Below, piece by piece: positions 1 through 12,698 of a stretch of DNA of 42,049 bases. The DNA lies in NCBI RefSeq assembly GCF_001194135.2, contig NC_068993.1:24903983-24946031 (forward strand), written 5' to 3'. The notes under the pieces are model-generated. The model was not told the origin of the DNA, searched no databases, and was given only the letters and a program-made list of their open reading frames with translations. Within the stretch, counting starts at the first letter, position 1; each line of letters begins with the position of its first letter. The stretch comes from Octopus bimaculoides (Eukaryota). Position numbers and translations under genes: made by a program.

Positions 1-329
1 GAAAAACAAATTTGAAAAATCCCTGTCAAAGCGAAGAAAATCCAACTTTTGTGGGTGTGATATTCCGAAAGTCCTGGTGAAAATTAGCCAGCAACTTCGG
101 AATACTCAGGCTATCGCGCGCGCACGCGTGAGAGAGAGTATTCATGCACATTCTCACACATATGCACGATACATATACGAATGTGTTATGTATGTATGTA
201 TGTATGTATGTATGTATGTATATACCTTCTTTTTTTTCTTTTTTTTTTTTGTTATTATAAATCTTCCAAAGAGGAGGGAGCCAGATTCCAACAAAGATAC
301 AGGGCTCCATCTTTGGGCTGCGTGCACAT

Positions 330-700
330 TGGACACCTTCAAAGAATGTCTATAAGACGGGGAATATTTGATAATGAAAAGGAAGTGTAAAGGAGAAGGA
401 TAAACAATAGAAGGAAGGACGTGAAAAGCTTTCAAGTTGTAGGTCGAGGTGTCACTAATAAAACGCTTTGTACTGCGATAGAGCGTCGCAGGTCTTAGGA
501 GTGGTGGTGAGAGATGATATGGGAGTGGGGAGGTGACGTTAAGCTGACAGATAAGAGAGACTAAGAGTGAGAATAGGGGGGAAATTGGAATTACTTGAAT
601 TGAATTGTAATAAATGACGTATTTTCCTGTTCTTTTTAAAGCTGATTACGGAATAAAAGCGAACAGTGTGACTAAGAAAGGAAGTGAAACAAAAACTAGG
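330..700 (+). promoter_or_regulatory. Candidate promoter / 5'UTR region of the membrane-protein gene
   Basis: Non-repetitive, CpG-retaining sequence upstream of exon 1 with two GGAAGTG ETS-type motifs (~381, ~680) and two TGACGT CRE half-sites (~534, ~615). Motif inference only; TSS not determinable. Confidence 0.3.
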
Positions 701-909
701 AGAAATCCATTTGCGCTACAACCACTTCAAAGTTGATAAATTTTGGTGTCTCGGAAAAACACGACAGTTTTCAGAAAATAATCGACTGGTTAACATATCC
801 ATCAAAACAGCCGTACACATATATATTTATACTTTTGTGAACTTTAATTTTTGTCGAAATATAATAACATATTAGCTTTCAGTTAATAGTGATTAATATA
901 TATTACAAG

Positions 910-1054
910 ATGAAATCTTTTGTCGGACTGATAATTAACATTTGGATATGTCTGGGAGTGATCTTACTAACAACCAGTTTGACATCGTGTGTTAGTGTGG
1001 TTACTCCATCAGATGTCGCAATTGAGGTGGATCAAAATGAGACGGTGTTGTTCG
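910..1054 (+). CDS. Coding exon 1 of an unnamed single-pass type I membrane protein (signal peptide + start of ectodomain)
   Basis: ATG at 910; MKSFVGLIINIWICLGVILLTTSLTSCVSVVTPSDVAIEVDQNETVLF: basic N-terminus, hydrophobic core, NET sequon; ends at G|GTAAGT donor (1055), phase 1. A possible upstream acceptor (ctttcAG, 881-882) suggests a 5'UTR exon may exist. Linkage to exon 2 across 24.4 kb is inferred from phase and architecture. Confidence 0.72.
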
Positions 1055-1290
1055 GTAAGTGTATAAATTTATTTTAACTATGATTTAATGTAATTTGCAG
1101 GACACTGTATTCCAGATGCCCCTTTTTACCAGATTTTGCGAAATTAGTACCGAAACTTTTAGAATCATAAGTAAAACGGATTAGTCCAAACCATAGTGGA
1201 AATTAGGAATTCATCTACCACTTGCCTAGCACCACTGGAACTTGAATAAAATAATGGTTCAATGGTCGGCTATAGGTTGTGTAAAAATTC

Positions 1291-1292
1291 AC

Positions 1293-1327
<35 letters not shown>

Positions 1328-1707
1328 CACACNNNNNNNNNNNNNNNNNNNNNNNNNNNNNNNNNNNNNNNNNNNNNNNNNNNNNNNNNNNNNNNNNNNN
1401 NNNNNNNNNNNNNNNNNNNNNNNNNNNNNNNNNNNNNNNNNNNNNNNNNNNNNNNNNNNNNNNNNNNNNNNNNNNNNNNNNNNNNNNNNNNNNNNNNNNN
1501 NNNNNNNNNNNNNNNNNNNNNNNNNNNNNNNNNNNNNNNNNNNNNNNNNNNNNNNNNNNNNNNNNNNNNNNNNNNNNNNNNNNNNNNNTATATATATATA
1601 TATATATATCATATATAATATATATACATACATATACAATATTATATGTAAATATAGTTGTATATATATGTACATATTTGTCTATTTATACACACACACA
1701 CATACAT

Positions 1708-1749
<42 letters not shown>

Positions 1750-1767
1750 TGATAGATAGATAGATAT
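1291..1767. repeat. (CA)n - N gap (1333-1589) - (TA)n - (GATA)n microsatellite block
   Basis: Direct inspection. Confidence 0.95.
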
Positions 1768-2005
1768 TCATGTGTGTGTATTTATGTATTAACATAGAGG
1801 CTATTCCGGAGATGACAGTCCGAATCCAGTATTTTTATATGGCAGTCCGTAGAATTTAAACGGTTAACTTTCAATGAAGAATTGAAATTTCAGCACATTG
1901 TATAATATTAACCCAGTAGATTCAGTATCGAATACTTACATGCGGTAAATACCTGAGTCGAAAGACACTTGCTTAACCGTATACTTTTATCAGACCACTA
2001 CGAAG

Positions 2006-2142
2006 CACTAGCGTAGCTAGAGTGTTTGCCGCCCGGGGCGGCCCTTCTGTTTGCCGCCCCCGGACCCCTACAGCAATAGCCTATAACACGATAAAAAGTG
2101 CCGACCGGGGCGGACCGTCCCCCCCCCCCCGATACGCTAGTG
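2006..2142. mobile_element. hAT-type MITE, 137 bp
   Basis: TIRs CACTAGCGTAGC / GATACGCTAGTG (11/12); 8-bp TSD ctacgaag (1998-2005) / ctccgaag (2143-2150), 7/8 identical. Confidence 0.75.
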
Positions 2143-2319
2143 CTCCGAAGAATCATATAGGCTGTACGGCGTATTCGAGTTTTTTTTTTGTTTTTTTTTT
2201 TGTATTCAAAGGCTTAGAATTTTCTGCCTCTTTAAAATATAAATCTAGTTCTTGAAGGTCCTAAATTTTTTTTACAAACAAGTTAAATTTTTAAAATCTT
2301 AATATCAAAACAAATACAG

Positions 2320-2320
<1 letters not shown>

Positions 2321-2351
<31 letters not shown>

Positions 2352-2995
2352 TACTTTTAATCTGCATGTTTTGTTACAATCACTTGCCGAGACACATCCA
2401 GTGTCCTAGGGTGAGTGAAGGATAAGAGATGTTACACTATGACTAAAAGCTTGGGGAGGGGAAGTGACAGGAGCTGTAGCGAAATATTTTCATATAATAC
2501 AACAGACATTTAAATTGATAAGGTTTTTCTAAGGATGTGGGCAGTACTTGTCATCATAATATTTTGGATTTCTTTGAGACATGGTTCTCCTGGGATATTA
2601 TCTAGATGTTTTTGACTTTTCTTATCATACCTAGAGCACCTACAATAATAGGAACGGTTCTCGCTTTAAGATGCCACATCTTTTGTATTTCAATTTCCAG
2701 GTTCTTATATTTACTTAATTAGTCAAATTCCTTTACGGATATATTTTTTATAAGTGGGAACACTTCTATTATTCTACAAGTATTTTCTTCCTTGTCTTTA
2801 ATGACTTTGTCTGGTCGATTAGCTTGAATCGTTCTGTCGACGTTGACTGGAAAATCCCAGAAGATAGTGACATTTTTTTTACCTTTAACCACTGGCTCAG
2901 GATGATGTTCGTACCAGTAAGCAGGAGTGTTGATTTTGTAGTGTTTACATATTTTCCAATGTTAATACTGTCCTACTCTATCGTGGCAATTTTTG
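2321..2995 (-). mobile_element. 3' fragment of an R4/Dong-like non-LTR retrotransposon (REL endonuclease) with (TAA)n tail
   Basis: Minus-strand translation HDRVGQY*HWKICKHY...WYEHHPEPV...IFWDFPV..DRTIQANRPDKVIKD...LSKYKNLEIEIQKMWHLKARTVPIIVGALGMI...TAHILRKTLSI*; 3'UTR ends in (TAA)n at 2321-2350; stops and frameshifts present. Confidence 0.85.
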
Positions 2996-3515
2996 TATTA
3001 TTATTGAGTGAAAGAGCAGTGCATGCCAGCAAAGTGACACTGAGCTAAAATATACGAAGCCCATTATACCCATCATGACTACCTGTCTGATAAGGGTACA
3101 CCAGGTACATGTATCACAACAAATGTACGCGACATGGGGATCTCGTGTCAAGATAAACAGCGAATGACCTTGCAGGTGGGGCCCAGTTAGAATTTTCTTC
3201 AGGTTGAGTAGCCCATCCTGCTCAAATGGTCCTTGAATAAGGAGTGTTTAAGGATGTTGAATGAAACACCCATACTTCCAGAGGTGAATTATTCAAACTC
3301 CAAAGAATTCCTCTCAGCACATGGCTCTGATGTTCCTCAACTACTTCTGCTCGTGATCAGAGATGCACATATCGTCAGCCACCAAAGGACATGCTCAACT
3401 GACAAGCAAATCCGTGGTATTGAGCAGAATATTTACTATTATACCAAGACAAAACATTTACATGATAACACTTCCAATAATTTAAGATCAGAAGCCATGA
3501 GAGCCAGTGTCAGGG

Positions 3516-3518
<3 letters not shown>
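2996..3518 (-). mobile_element. Non-coding SINE-like element with (TAA)n at both ends
   Basis: Minus strand ends gcatgcactgctctttcactc-AATAATAAT; the same end recurs at ~3620-3650 (tattattgggtgagagagcagcaca); no coding capacity. Confidence 0.5.
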
Positions 3519-3610
<92 letters not shown>

Positions 3611-3630
3611 CTATCATTATTATTATTATT
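3518..3630. repeat. Compound (TAT)n(CAT)n microsatellite
   Basis: Direct inspection; explains the poly-L/poly-S and poly-N/poly-D ORFs. Confidence 0.95.
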
Positions 3631-4599
3631 GGGTGAGAGAGCAGCACATACCATCATAGGTACAAATATATATTTGTACATCAATCAAATCAGATAAATC
3701 AAATAATGGAAAAGTAAGGTTTCAAATCAGTCCAAAAATGTTGTTCGCTCGTTTGTTTCGGCGATGAACTTTTTCAAGAGGATGTTCAAATTTTTAGGGG
3801 TTGGGGCGCATGCATACCCTGCCCCCTCCCACTCTACCATTCCCGAGCCAATGGTCTCATGCATTCATTACTGATAAAAAACGAGGGTCAAGAACTGATG
3901 ACATAAAACCATTGGGGCACACATACAAAAGTGTCCTCGTACCCTTCATAACTTTCAGAAAAATTGATATTTTTAATGCAATTTTCTATAAATGCATTTC
4001 AGATGGAATATATTACGATTATATCAGGAATTAGATTTAGAAAAAAAGAATGGTGAGCACGCACACATAAATACTGACACACATCGCATATTATTATCAA
4101 AAGTTCAAATTTCATTTGGTAGCTATATTTGTTATGTTTTCACATTAAATTACGATATAATCGTAATCTACACCATCTGAAAGGTATTTGCAGAAATTTC
4201 ATCAAAAATTATTAATATGATTGTTCATACACAGTTATAACACTTTTATATTGCATTATTCTATAAAAAATTACTGAAACTTTTGTAAAATATTGCAATA
4301 GAAAAGGCTATATTTTCCTTTCATTTTTAAGGACTGAAGCCATCAGATATTTACAAGCCCGGGCCCTTCTTCTGGTACCAAGTCGCAACCGAGGTGCCAG
4401 TTAATCTCACTCCCGCCAATATAAACGTAGTTTATGTCTGAAAGAACGTTTTTGACTATAAATCTGCAGTATCACAATGGCTTGAGGCTTTAACAACAAA
4501 TTATAACTCGGTGTTAGATTTTTTTTTATATACAAAAACTATAATGCGTAACACAATGAGGAAACTTAGGTAAACATAAATAAATGACTTTCACTTTCA

Positions 4600-5420
4600 T
4601 CAAATAGTGACCCTTTATAGGTTCCTTGTTAGAAGAGACTGGTTATGTATTTAGAGAATGATAATTTGCTAAGTAATACCCAACATGGTTTTCGTCAAAA
4701 CAGAATCAGTCTCGCACAGTTATTTCTATGTTGTAATTGATAAAACAGTTTCTGAACCGTTCAAATGTTGATAAATGATATATTCGATCTTTCAATAAAG
4801 CTGATCGCAGGATAATATGCCACAATTTCTTGACCTCGGTATAGTCAGAAAACAAAGAAGCGAATTTGTATGACTTAGGAAGATTCCATAGAAATAAGAT
4901 AAATAAATGAAACAGACGCCTTAATGTTACAACCATTGGTGCGCTCTCTGAAGAGTCGGATTTCCAGGGCAGGATATTAAAGAGAACTGTTTTGAGGACA
5001 TTATTGTCTTCTTATAGCTCTATCGGGCTTATTCGTGCGGTTACCATAGTCAACCCCACCACATATGCCGATAACTCAAAGAAATAAAAATACAGCAAAC
5101 AACTCCAAAGATATTAAAAACCTTCAGAAAAAAGTATATCGATTCTGTATATAAGAAAACAAGAAATTCACGATAGGATAGTTTTGATATAAACTCAACA
5201 CAGCGCAAAACATGAATACACAGAACTGGAAGAAACTGCAATATCAGAATCAGAAACTGTGGAGATCGGGGAATTGTAATGAGTAATACCCCGTTCCCGC
5301 CATGCGCATATCATGCAAATGATAAAAGCATGAAGATATGCAAAACAAGAACATAAGTGCTCATACATTTTTTCCCTAACGACATTTGCTCCCCTTCCGA
5401 GATTATTGATGCCAAATTAT
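4600..5420 (+). mobile_element. Highly decayed CR1/L2-like LINE reverse transcriptase fragment
   Basis: YLENDNLLSNTQHGFRQNR motif at ~4645-4705; later patches resemble GTVLGPLLF and RDLGI segments; many stops and frameshifts. Confidence 0.6.
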
Positions 5421-6029
5421 CCAAAGTATCGAGACAAAAACAGTTATTCCATGCCCCAGGTGGGCTATTGGGGAAAAGCTAAAGTTTTGAAGCTGTAGTC
5501 CTTAGAACAAAGACAGGAAAAAATATACAATCATCTAAATGGAGAAAACCCTTGACTAACTGGTGCCAAAAGTTGGCATTGAAAACTCCACTAATCCCGA
5601 AGCAGAGCACTATTGTACAAATCCAAAAGTTCTGACTTCTCTCTCAAGGATGAAAACAAGTTACTGTAAAAGAATGAGTTGACTCAAGCATTGTGAAAGA
5701 AACGGGGTTGCCAGAAATTGTGTAGAAGCCCGATGGATTGATTGCACTTCTGATTCAAAGGTCCGGTGTTGTCACTTATTGTACCGCTCTGATTCGCTCC
5801 CATGACTGAGTTCAGGGTGCAAATATATGTGGAATACTCAGTCACTTGGCACTAAATGCGTATTGGCAGGATTCTTATGTATGTANNNNNNNNNNCTAAA
5901 CTTTTTTTGCTACCCTGAGATTTATTAATATATATATATATATAGTCTATTGACTAGTTTTTTCTTCTCGCTAGATCAGTGGTAGCAAAAAGAATTTCTA
6001 AACTTTTTTTGCTACCCTGAGATTTATTA

Positions 6030-6064
<35 letters not shown>

Positions 6065-6414
6065 TACTCACAATACACACATGCACATACATTATGAGTA
6101 TGTGTGTTTGTGCGCGGGAGGTGTATGACAGACAGACAGACAGACAGACAGATAATCTTTTATCTGCGTACACAAAAACCTCAAGCACACACACATACAC
6201 ATACATATGTGTGGTTACATATTTAAGTTAATGTATAAATGTATTATCTAAGATATATATGAGTATTATAATTTTGTCTTATCTGTTGCCATTGTTCACA
6301 ACTACATGATTGATTGAACTTTGATACATCATTAGCTGGTATGATCTTTGATAAAACTCAACCAAACATTCATATCGTTTTTAATGTTGTATTATGTTTT
6401 ACTTCACAACAATA

Positions 6415-6470
6415 ATAGACAAGAGCACTCCGAAAGCGCAAACCTCCGCCAAGGCAGCGCCAACGTCCTC
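6415..6470 (+). mobile_element. Possible Helentron/HINE-like left terminus (isolated)
   Basis: acaagagcactccgaaagcgcaaacctccgccaagg resembles termini of molluscan non-autonomous Helentrons as I recall them; the matching ttggcggagg end was not seen. Confidence 0.3.
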
Positions 6471-7755
6471 TCGACGATTAACCGGAGATGATTTATAAAA
6501 TGAGGATATCTGAAAAGTCGCACGCATCTACTTGGAATTGAGTAGCATACGTTCATCATGTCCCACCAAAGACCGAATTGTATCTTTCTTGCTACGTTGC
6601 ACTTTTGCCATTTGGGCCCAATGATTTATAATATCGACACAAACCTTTTAATTTTGGAAGATGTTAAAGATGGTCGATATCTACTCCACTCTGAACGGCT
6701 ACTTAATTTATCAACCTCAAGGATAAACAACAACAACAACTTTTATAGTGGCCACCACCTGACTATCTCAGTTAAAACCCCCAAAGCGCCTGACTATACA
6801 CTCTGAACTCTTAACTACCCGCCACAGATACAACTTTGGTCACCATTTTACCACAGCTTATGAAGCAACAAGAAAATATCTACGTTGCTCACCTATTAGA
6901 AATAATAACCTATTCATAAACAACGATCTTCAAAACAAGGACTCTATTAAACAATGCAATCCTAAATTTTCTAGATCAATGTTTTGAGGGGGTTGTTAAA
7001 CATAATATATGAAGGACCACATTATCTGATATGTTTGCTTTAAAGATTATAGGGAATGATTTGGGGACGATTTGACTGCTATTTACAACAACTCGGGCGA
7101 CGAGACAGATAAATGTATTGACAGCTGTTGACTATAGTGAGGTGGCGATGGCTGTGACTAATCCCTCATTGAGAAAATGTGACTGCCATACCTTTACTAG
7201 TGTAAGTGTAATAATTTGCTGAAATCCTCTTTAATCACGATTGAGCTTGATCGGTGATACTTTCAACAAAAAAAGGAAACAATGGAAAGAAGTGTGGGGG
7301 GGGGGGGTCAGTATTGCTCTGTATATCCCAATACAGGTCGATGAATTTAGGATTCTGTGAGAACAAAGGTAGGCTGAATGGGTGAATGGAAAATGCATTA
7401 GAAAGGAAATCCTTTTGTTGAGCAGATCATCTGATTTCACCCGGAAATATGTTTCAAGGATCATTTGTTAAGTTATTAATCGCTTTTAAGTACGTGTATC
7501 AGTACTAAATACCCTTTAAAAATAAAATTAATCCAGCAAGCTGATCTATTGTCACCTAAATCCGAATACTAAAGGATTAATATAAATAGTTTTTGTCATT
7601 AAAATATTTTTAGACATTAAATTCAAGTTTGGCATTCTTAACAATTTCTTACCGAAATGATATAAAGTCTCGACATTTTATTGCTGAAATGAAGCTGCTA
7701 AATTAGTCAAAGGGAGAGGAAGAGAAGGAGAAAGTCACCTAGTGGCGTGATACCG

Positions 7756-8029
7756 ATTATTATCTTATTATTTAAGTCGTCCTCAACGAATCCTCCAGTG
7801 TTCCCTCCGGCCATCTCGGTACTCCATGAAACCTGCTAGTTGGTCAGTAATTTCCTCTTCTACAACTTTTTTAGTACATTCACATACATTGGCATACCGA
7901 CGTTCTTCGATATCCCTCTGTTTGCTCCCATAGTATCAGATGGCAGGCTGAATGGAAACTTCCAGTTTCTCTGGTAGTGTCCAGCCAGCCTCATTCTTCT
8001 GACTGTTATTTCTCGCTCACCCGTTACAC
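7756..8029 (-). mobile_element. Decayed RTE-type LINE 3' end
   Basis: Minus strand RRMRLAGH...HLILWEQTEGYRR...MYVNVLKK...MEYRDG resembles the RTE RT C-terminus; short taa-rich tail at ~7756-7776. Confidence 0.55.
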
Positions 8030-8240
8030 CAGTGGTTCTCAACCAGGGTCCAGATAAGATTCTGTTGTTAAAATTTGCGCAATAAATTGCTTATACAGGA
8101 AATATTTTAACAATTTTTTTATACACTTGCTAATAATATTTCATGATAAAAATATGAGGATTTCTGAAAACATGGAATGGCTATGGGGGTCCACCCGAGT
8201 AAAATAAGCATCAAAGGGGTTCATAGGTTGAAAATCACTG
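8030..8240. mobile_element. hAT/Charlie-type MITE, 211 bp
   Basis: TIRs CAGTGGTTCTCAACC / GGTTGAAAATCACTG (13/15); diverged 8-bp TSD cgttacac / ctttacat. Confidence 0.75.
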
Positions 8241-8389
8241 CTTTACATAGTAACTCGCTATACAGAAGCATATTGCTAATGTGTTCGTTTTCTTTGATGT
8301 TAAGTATTGCATTCAGCATTCCTCTAGAGATTTGTGTCGGGTAGGCATTCACAGCCTTTCAGTCAATTGTAGAAACTGATGTGTCCAGA

Positions 8390-8565
8390 TGTCGTTTAGC
8401 CCCAGCTCTAACTTGATTTCACTGAAAGACCTATAACCAAAGGTAGTCTTGTCATGACCATCCTGCCTTTTTTATATATCAGAACCATATAAGTGTAATA
8501 TATCCTCGTCTAAGGTGTGATTTAAGAGAATTTAGGTGCTATTTGTAGCAGACTGAGTGACCAGG
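8390..8565 (-). mobile_element. SINE family D ((AAC)-tailed) copy
   Basis: gtcgtttagccccag...gacctataacc...gtgatttaagagaatttaggtgctatttgtagcag shared with copies at 17435, 24540, 26136, 26335 and 27940. Confidence 0.6.
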
Positions 8566-10071
8566 ATCAAGCTTCTTCATTGGCTCATATCAATAAATCA
8601 GTGGAGTACAGTAGTGAAATCGAGTTTCAGTCATATTATTACGACTGACTGACCAAAGTATCAAAGAATAAAAGAGCAGGAATTTGTGAAATCTTGAAGA
8701 ATTACTTATTTTGCATTGTTTTCTTTTTCACCTCAAAGATCTTTTCAAGAAACAACCACCATCATCATATAAACACACTCACAAAAGTATTCAACTTTGA
8801 TCTTAACATTATTTTCACATCACTTAAAGTTGCAATATAATGATTTTTCATCATCTGTAAACTTCTAAAACGGTTTGAAGCTATATAGTTTGAAGTCGAT
8901 AACGTAATTCTTGTTAGTAATATTCTGGCTGTAAATGAAAACCTTCTATTGAAATGTTGTCAGGAATGGTCTAATAAAAGCTTTGCGCAAGCACTGACAA
9001 TGGCAGGGTTCCAACAGTCCAGAATGATTTTTGAAAACCTAGAGTTTGAATCATTGTACAGGTGACGGGCTTTGTCAAAGCTAAATATATTTCAAAAGTA
9101 TATTTCCCTCATGACAATAGCTAGATCAAAGGTTGCAGACATGAGGTATTGCTTTACTCATGTAAAAATATATATAAGATTGTCTCTTGTTTTAGCCCCC
9201 ACTTGATTTTTAGAACTTGGTTTCTATTGTGCCATTGTCATCGACGTCACTATTAGTGCAGTTAAGTGTGTGTGTATGCACATGTGTATGTATGTGCGCG
9301 TGTGACTGAGTGAAAATGATATTCTTGCTGCAAATGAAGCCATTTTATTGAGTTAATGCTATAAATTATTTATTAAAAGCATTTATCAAGCATTGGCGAT
9401 AGCAGTGTCCAACAGTTTAGAATTATTATTGAATCCTTACGATCGAATCACTAAAACATCGGTCAGATGCATCAGAAGAGTTTAGTAAAGCTTCGGAACC
9501 ATGAGTACGCGCGTGCGTATATGTGTGCGTGTTCGTGTATGCGTGTGTGTGTGCTCGCGCGCGTGCGTGTGTGTGTTGTTGTTGTTGTTGTTTATGCCAA
9601 ATTGCAATAAAAAACAATTTGATATTACGCTGAGTTTAACATTAAACTCAATGTTTAGAATACATGTTTCTTTAAGTGGAATAATAAACGAAAAGGGAAA
9701 TGTGGAAAACTTCTAACAATGTGGAGAGGGAAGTTGAGAAACTTTTATATACTTCAGACAGAAACGCCCATCCTCAGAAGGATATCTACGGAGTCTACGT
9801 TGATCCTGCCGTTTCGATAACCGATTGGGCAATGACCTCGCTTAGTCCGCTGAGTGTGCTAGCAGCAGCAGTTTCCAAAAGATGGTGTTGTCGGTGCCGT
9901 AGAGGTCGCAGTTGAGGCAGTGGAGACAGTGGTGGATGATTGGCCGTCTATTTTCGTTTATTATTCTAATTCTGTGCTACAATGCTTCAAGCGAACTATA
10001 ACGCTCTTCTTTCATATTTATACAAGAGGAGTGACACTAACTTCGAAGTTTCGGCCAGCTAGCCTTCGGCA

Positions 10072-10114
<43 letters not shown>

Positions 10115-12424
10115 TTATTTATTTGTCTGTCTATTTATATATTTATATATACATATATATGTGTGTGTGTGTGCGTGCGTGTGTGCGTGCGTGTGTGTAA
10201 AATGCAAAAATGGGACAAGAACGCAAAACATCCAGACAGTTAGGTGATACAAAAATGGGGGGCCATGCTGGAGTACCGTCTTAAAGTACCGCTTCCAGTA
10301 AAAAGTGTTTCATTTCCCCACCCCACTCTTTTTTTCACTGCTGTAACATTAATTTACTCAATACACGAATTGCTCATTCGAGTTTACAAACGCATTTATG
10401 TAAGCCTCTCTTTTTTTTCCCCCCCTATGCCTGAATAACTGTGCATTTTCAAGCCTTTTTAATAACGACCCAATTAGGATAAAAGACGAAAATTGACAAC
10501 GGTGAGATTTGGACTCAACATGTAAAGGACCCTGCGACTCAACTCCAAGGATAATCTACCCTACTCTGTATTGCAACACTTTCAATATTGTTTGATTACC
10601 AACAACGCCTGATGAAGTTTTATCTGGCAAGCTTTTGTTTTATATACATATAATGGCGGACAGCAAAGGGAAAGAAAAGCAACTGCCAAATCAAGTCACA
10701 GTATACCACAGTCTCAATTCCCAGGAAAGATCACTCATACCTTATGTTTGTGAAAATAACACCAGGTAAACTCTTGTACGTTGAGAACAGAGTGCCTGAA
10801 GTTACTAGCAATGATTGCCATAAATGAAATAAAATAACATAACAAAGATGTGTGAGAGAACTTCGTGGTTAGGCTGGACTGTTGCTCCTATAGACATAGT
10901 TGACGTACTGTTTGGTGGTGTGTAGAGGCAGCTGTTGGTCTGTGGGTCGTGTAGTCTTCGTACAGCAACTATGTAGAAAGGCGTCTGGTGGAGAAGATGG
11001 AAGCGAAGACTGGCTGGTGTCAGATACATCGTTGCCGGAGACGAGTTGTGTGCAATCAGTGGCGCGTGCCAAAGACCCAGAGCAGTCGAAAACTGCCGTT
11101 CTGATACAGATCAGTAGGCTCCCAGGAGCTGGTGATTAATTTCACGCGTAAGGAAAAATGAACTGCTGCACCAACACGATTGAACCGACCTATAATAAAA
11201 ACAATTTGAGCTAATCACAAGGTCATGTGACCTGATGGAGCGAAAAGGGCTTGTGGAACCGATATTCGGGTATTTAAGCCTAGATGAGTCAAAACGAAAT
11301 CATTTCACGCATAATGACAGTGTAAATCACTTCTGTCACAACTCCATATCCCTACCGATCTGTATGGCTAGGATTTATTTTATGAAAACTGGTTTACTAT
11401 GTAATGGTTTGGCAATTCATTATCCGTTCACTGTGTTGCCTTCCAATATATGCACCCGAAATGGAAGATCGCCTTTTCTTTTGTCGGGTAATGCGATGCA
11501 TTTGGTGTTAATCTATGGAAGTAAAAACAATAGGGTTTGTTGCTATCGCAAACGATGTGGACACGAGACAAGCCAAATTAAATTGGTTTCAACTTGAATG
11601 CATATTTGGCCTATATATTCAACTGGCTGGGAGCTTAGTATTTGTTCTGTATTACATAAAATGTCAAGAATGGTGGAAAGAGTTATTGGTTAATATTATG
11701 TCACAGGCATTGCTAAATGTTCATAGATACTTAAGTCTCGTACTAACTTGTTTTTGCGCGCATGTGTATATGATCAGTTGTAGCTCTCAGTGAAAAGAAA
11801 TTCCACTCAACTATACAAAAATAGTGAGTATGCATAATATAGTTTATATGCAATCACACTGATAAACGATGCTCATGAATCTCATCTGTCAGTATTATCG
11901 TCATTAAACTCTATGAGGACTAAAGCCGCACACTGTTTGACCGCTGACTAGAATTGCTTAGCAAATCTCCAAAACAAATTCAAAGCTTTCTGGAGCAAGC
12001 AACAAAGTAAGCTCCCAGCAATCTCACACTGCAAGTAGGTTTCAACTGCCGGCTCTTCTCTTAGTTAATTACCTTTCGAAATGTATGCACCTCCCAGTTC
12101 CTTTCTGCAAATAAATATACAAAACATTGTCCTTTGTCAAATGAATCAAATATTTCCTTTTTTAGTGAATGGAGAATTGACAGACGCAGTAACTTGATGC
12201 AAAAATACATTAACGATATTCAGTCACACCGTTCCCCCCCCCTCTCTCTCTCTCTCTCACTACGTTATATGGAGGAAGTGAGACTGTTAGCACCGGGAGA
12301 GGCAAGCAATGCGCAAGCAATACCAAAGTAGTCCTAACTACAATTCTGACGGGAACGAAGCGTAGTAGTTTTCTGGCTTCAGTAATAAGACTATGCACCA
12401 GCTGAAACACTAAATAGCATATCC

Positions 12425-12625
12425 TTTTACTTGTTCCAGTCATTGGACACCAGTCATGCTGGGGCACTGTCTTGGAGAGTTTAGTCGAACAAATTGACTC
12501 CAGATCTTATTCTGTTTTTTAAATCTGATACTTATTCTATCGGATCCTTTTACCAAACCGCAAAGTGACATTAACAAAAACGAACATCGGTTGTCAAACA
12601 CTGAGATGACAAACACAGACATGCA
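12425..12625 (-). mobile_element. SINE family B, 3' half
   Basis: ttttacttgttccagtcatt...catgctggggcactg...cttattctatcgg matches the reverse complement of the copies at 23588 and 26861. Confidence 0.75.
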
Positions 12626-12698
12626 CCTACATACATACATACATACATACATACATACATACAAACAAACAAACAAACAAACAAACAAACAAACAAAT

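Noticed and set aside
1055-1150. 46-nt intron with an exon starting at 1101
   Set aside because: The intron is implausibly short and the frame hits TAG after 15 codons.
3233-3697. 154-aa ORF with poly-Leu/poly-Ser (and other microsatellite or N-gap ORFs at 26-435, 1242-1715, 39945-41063)
   Set aside because: Products of simple repeats and gaps that lack stop codons.
5896-6045. Exact ~45-bp direct duplication plus a short hairpin
   Set aside because: The first copy starts exactly at a 10-N gap, typical of an unmerged contig overlap; likely an assembly artefact.
10600-10680. Hammerhead ribozyme at CTGATGA (also 3895, 29712, 38876)
   Set aside because: No stem II followed by GAAA at suitable spacing.
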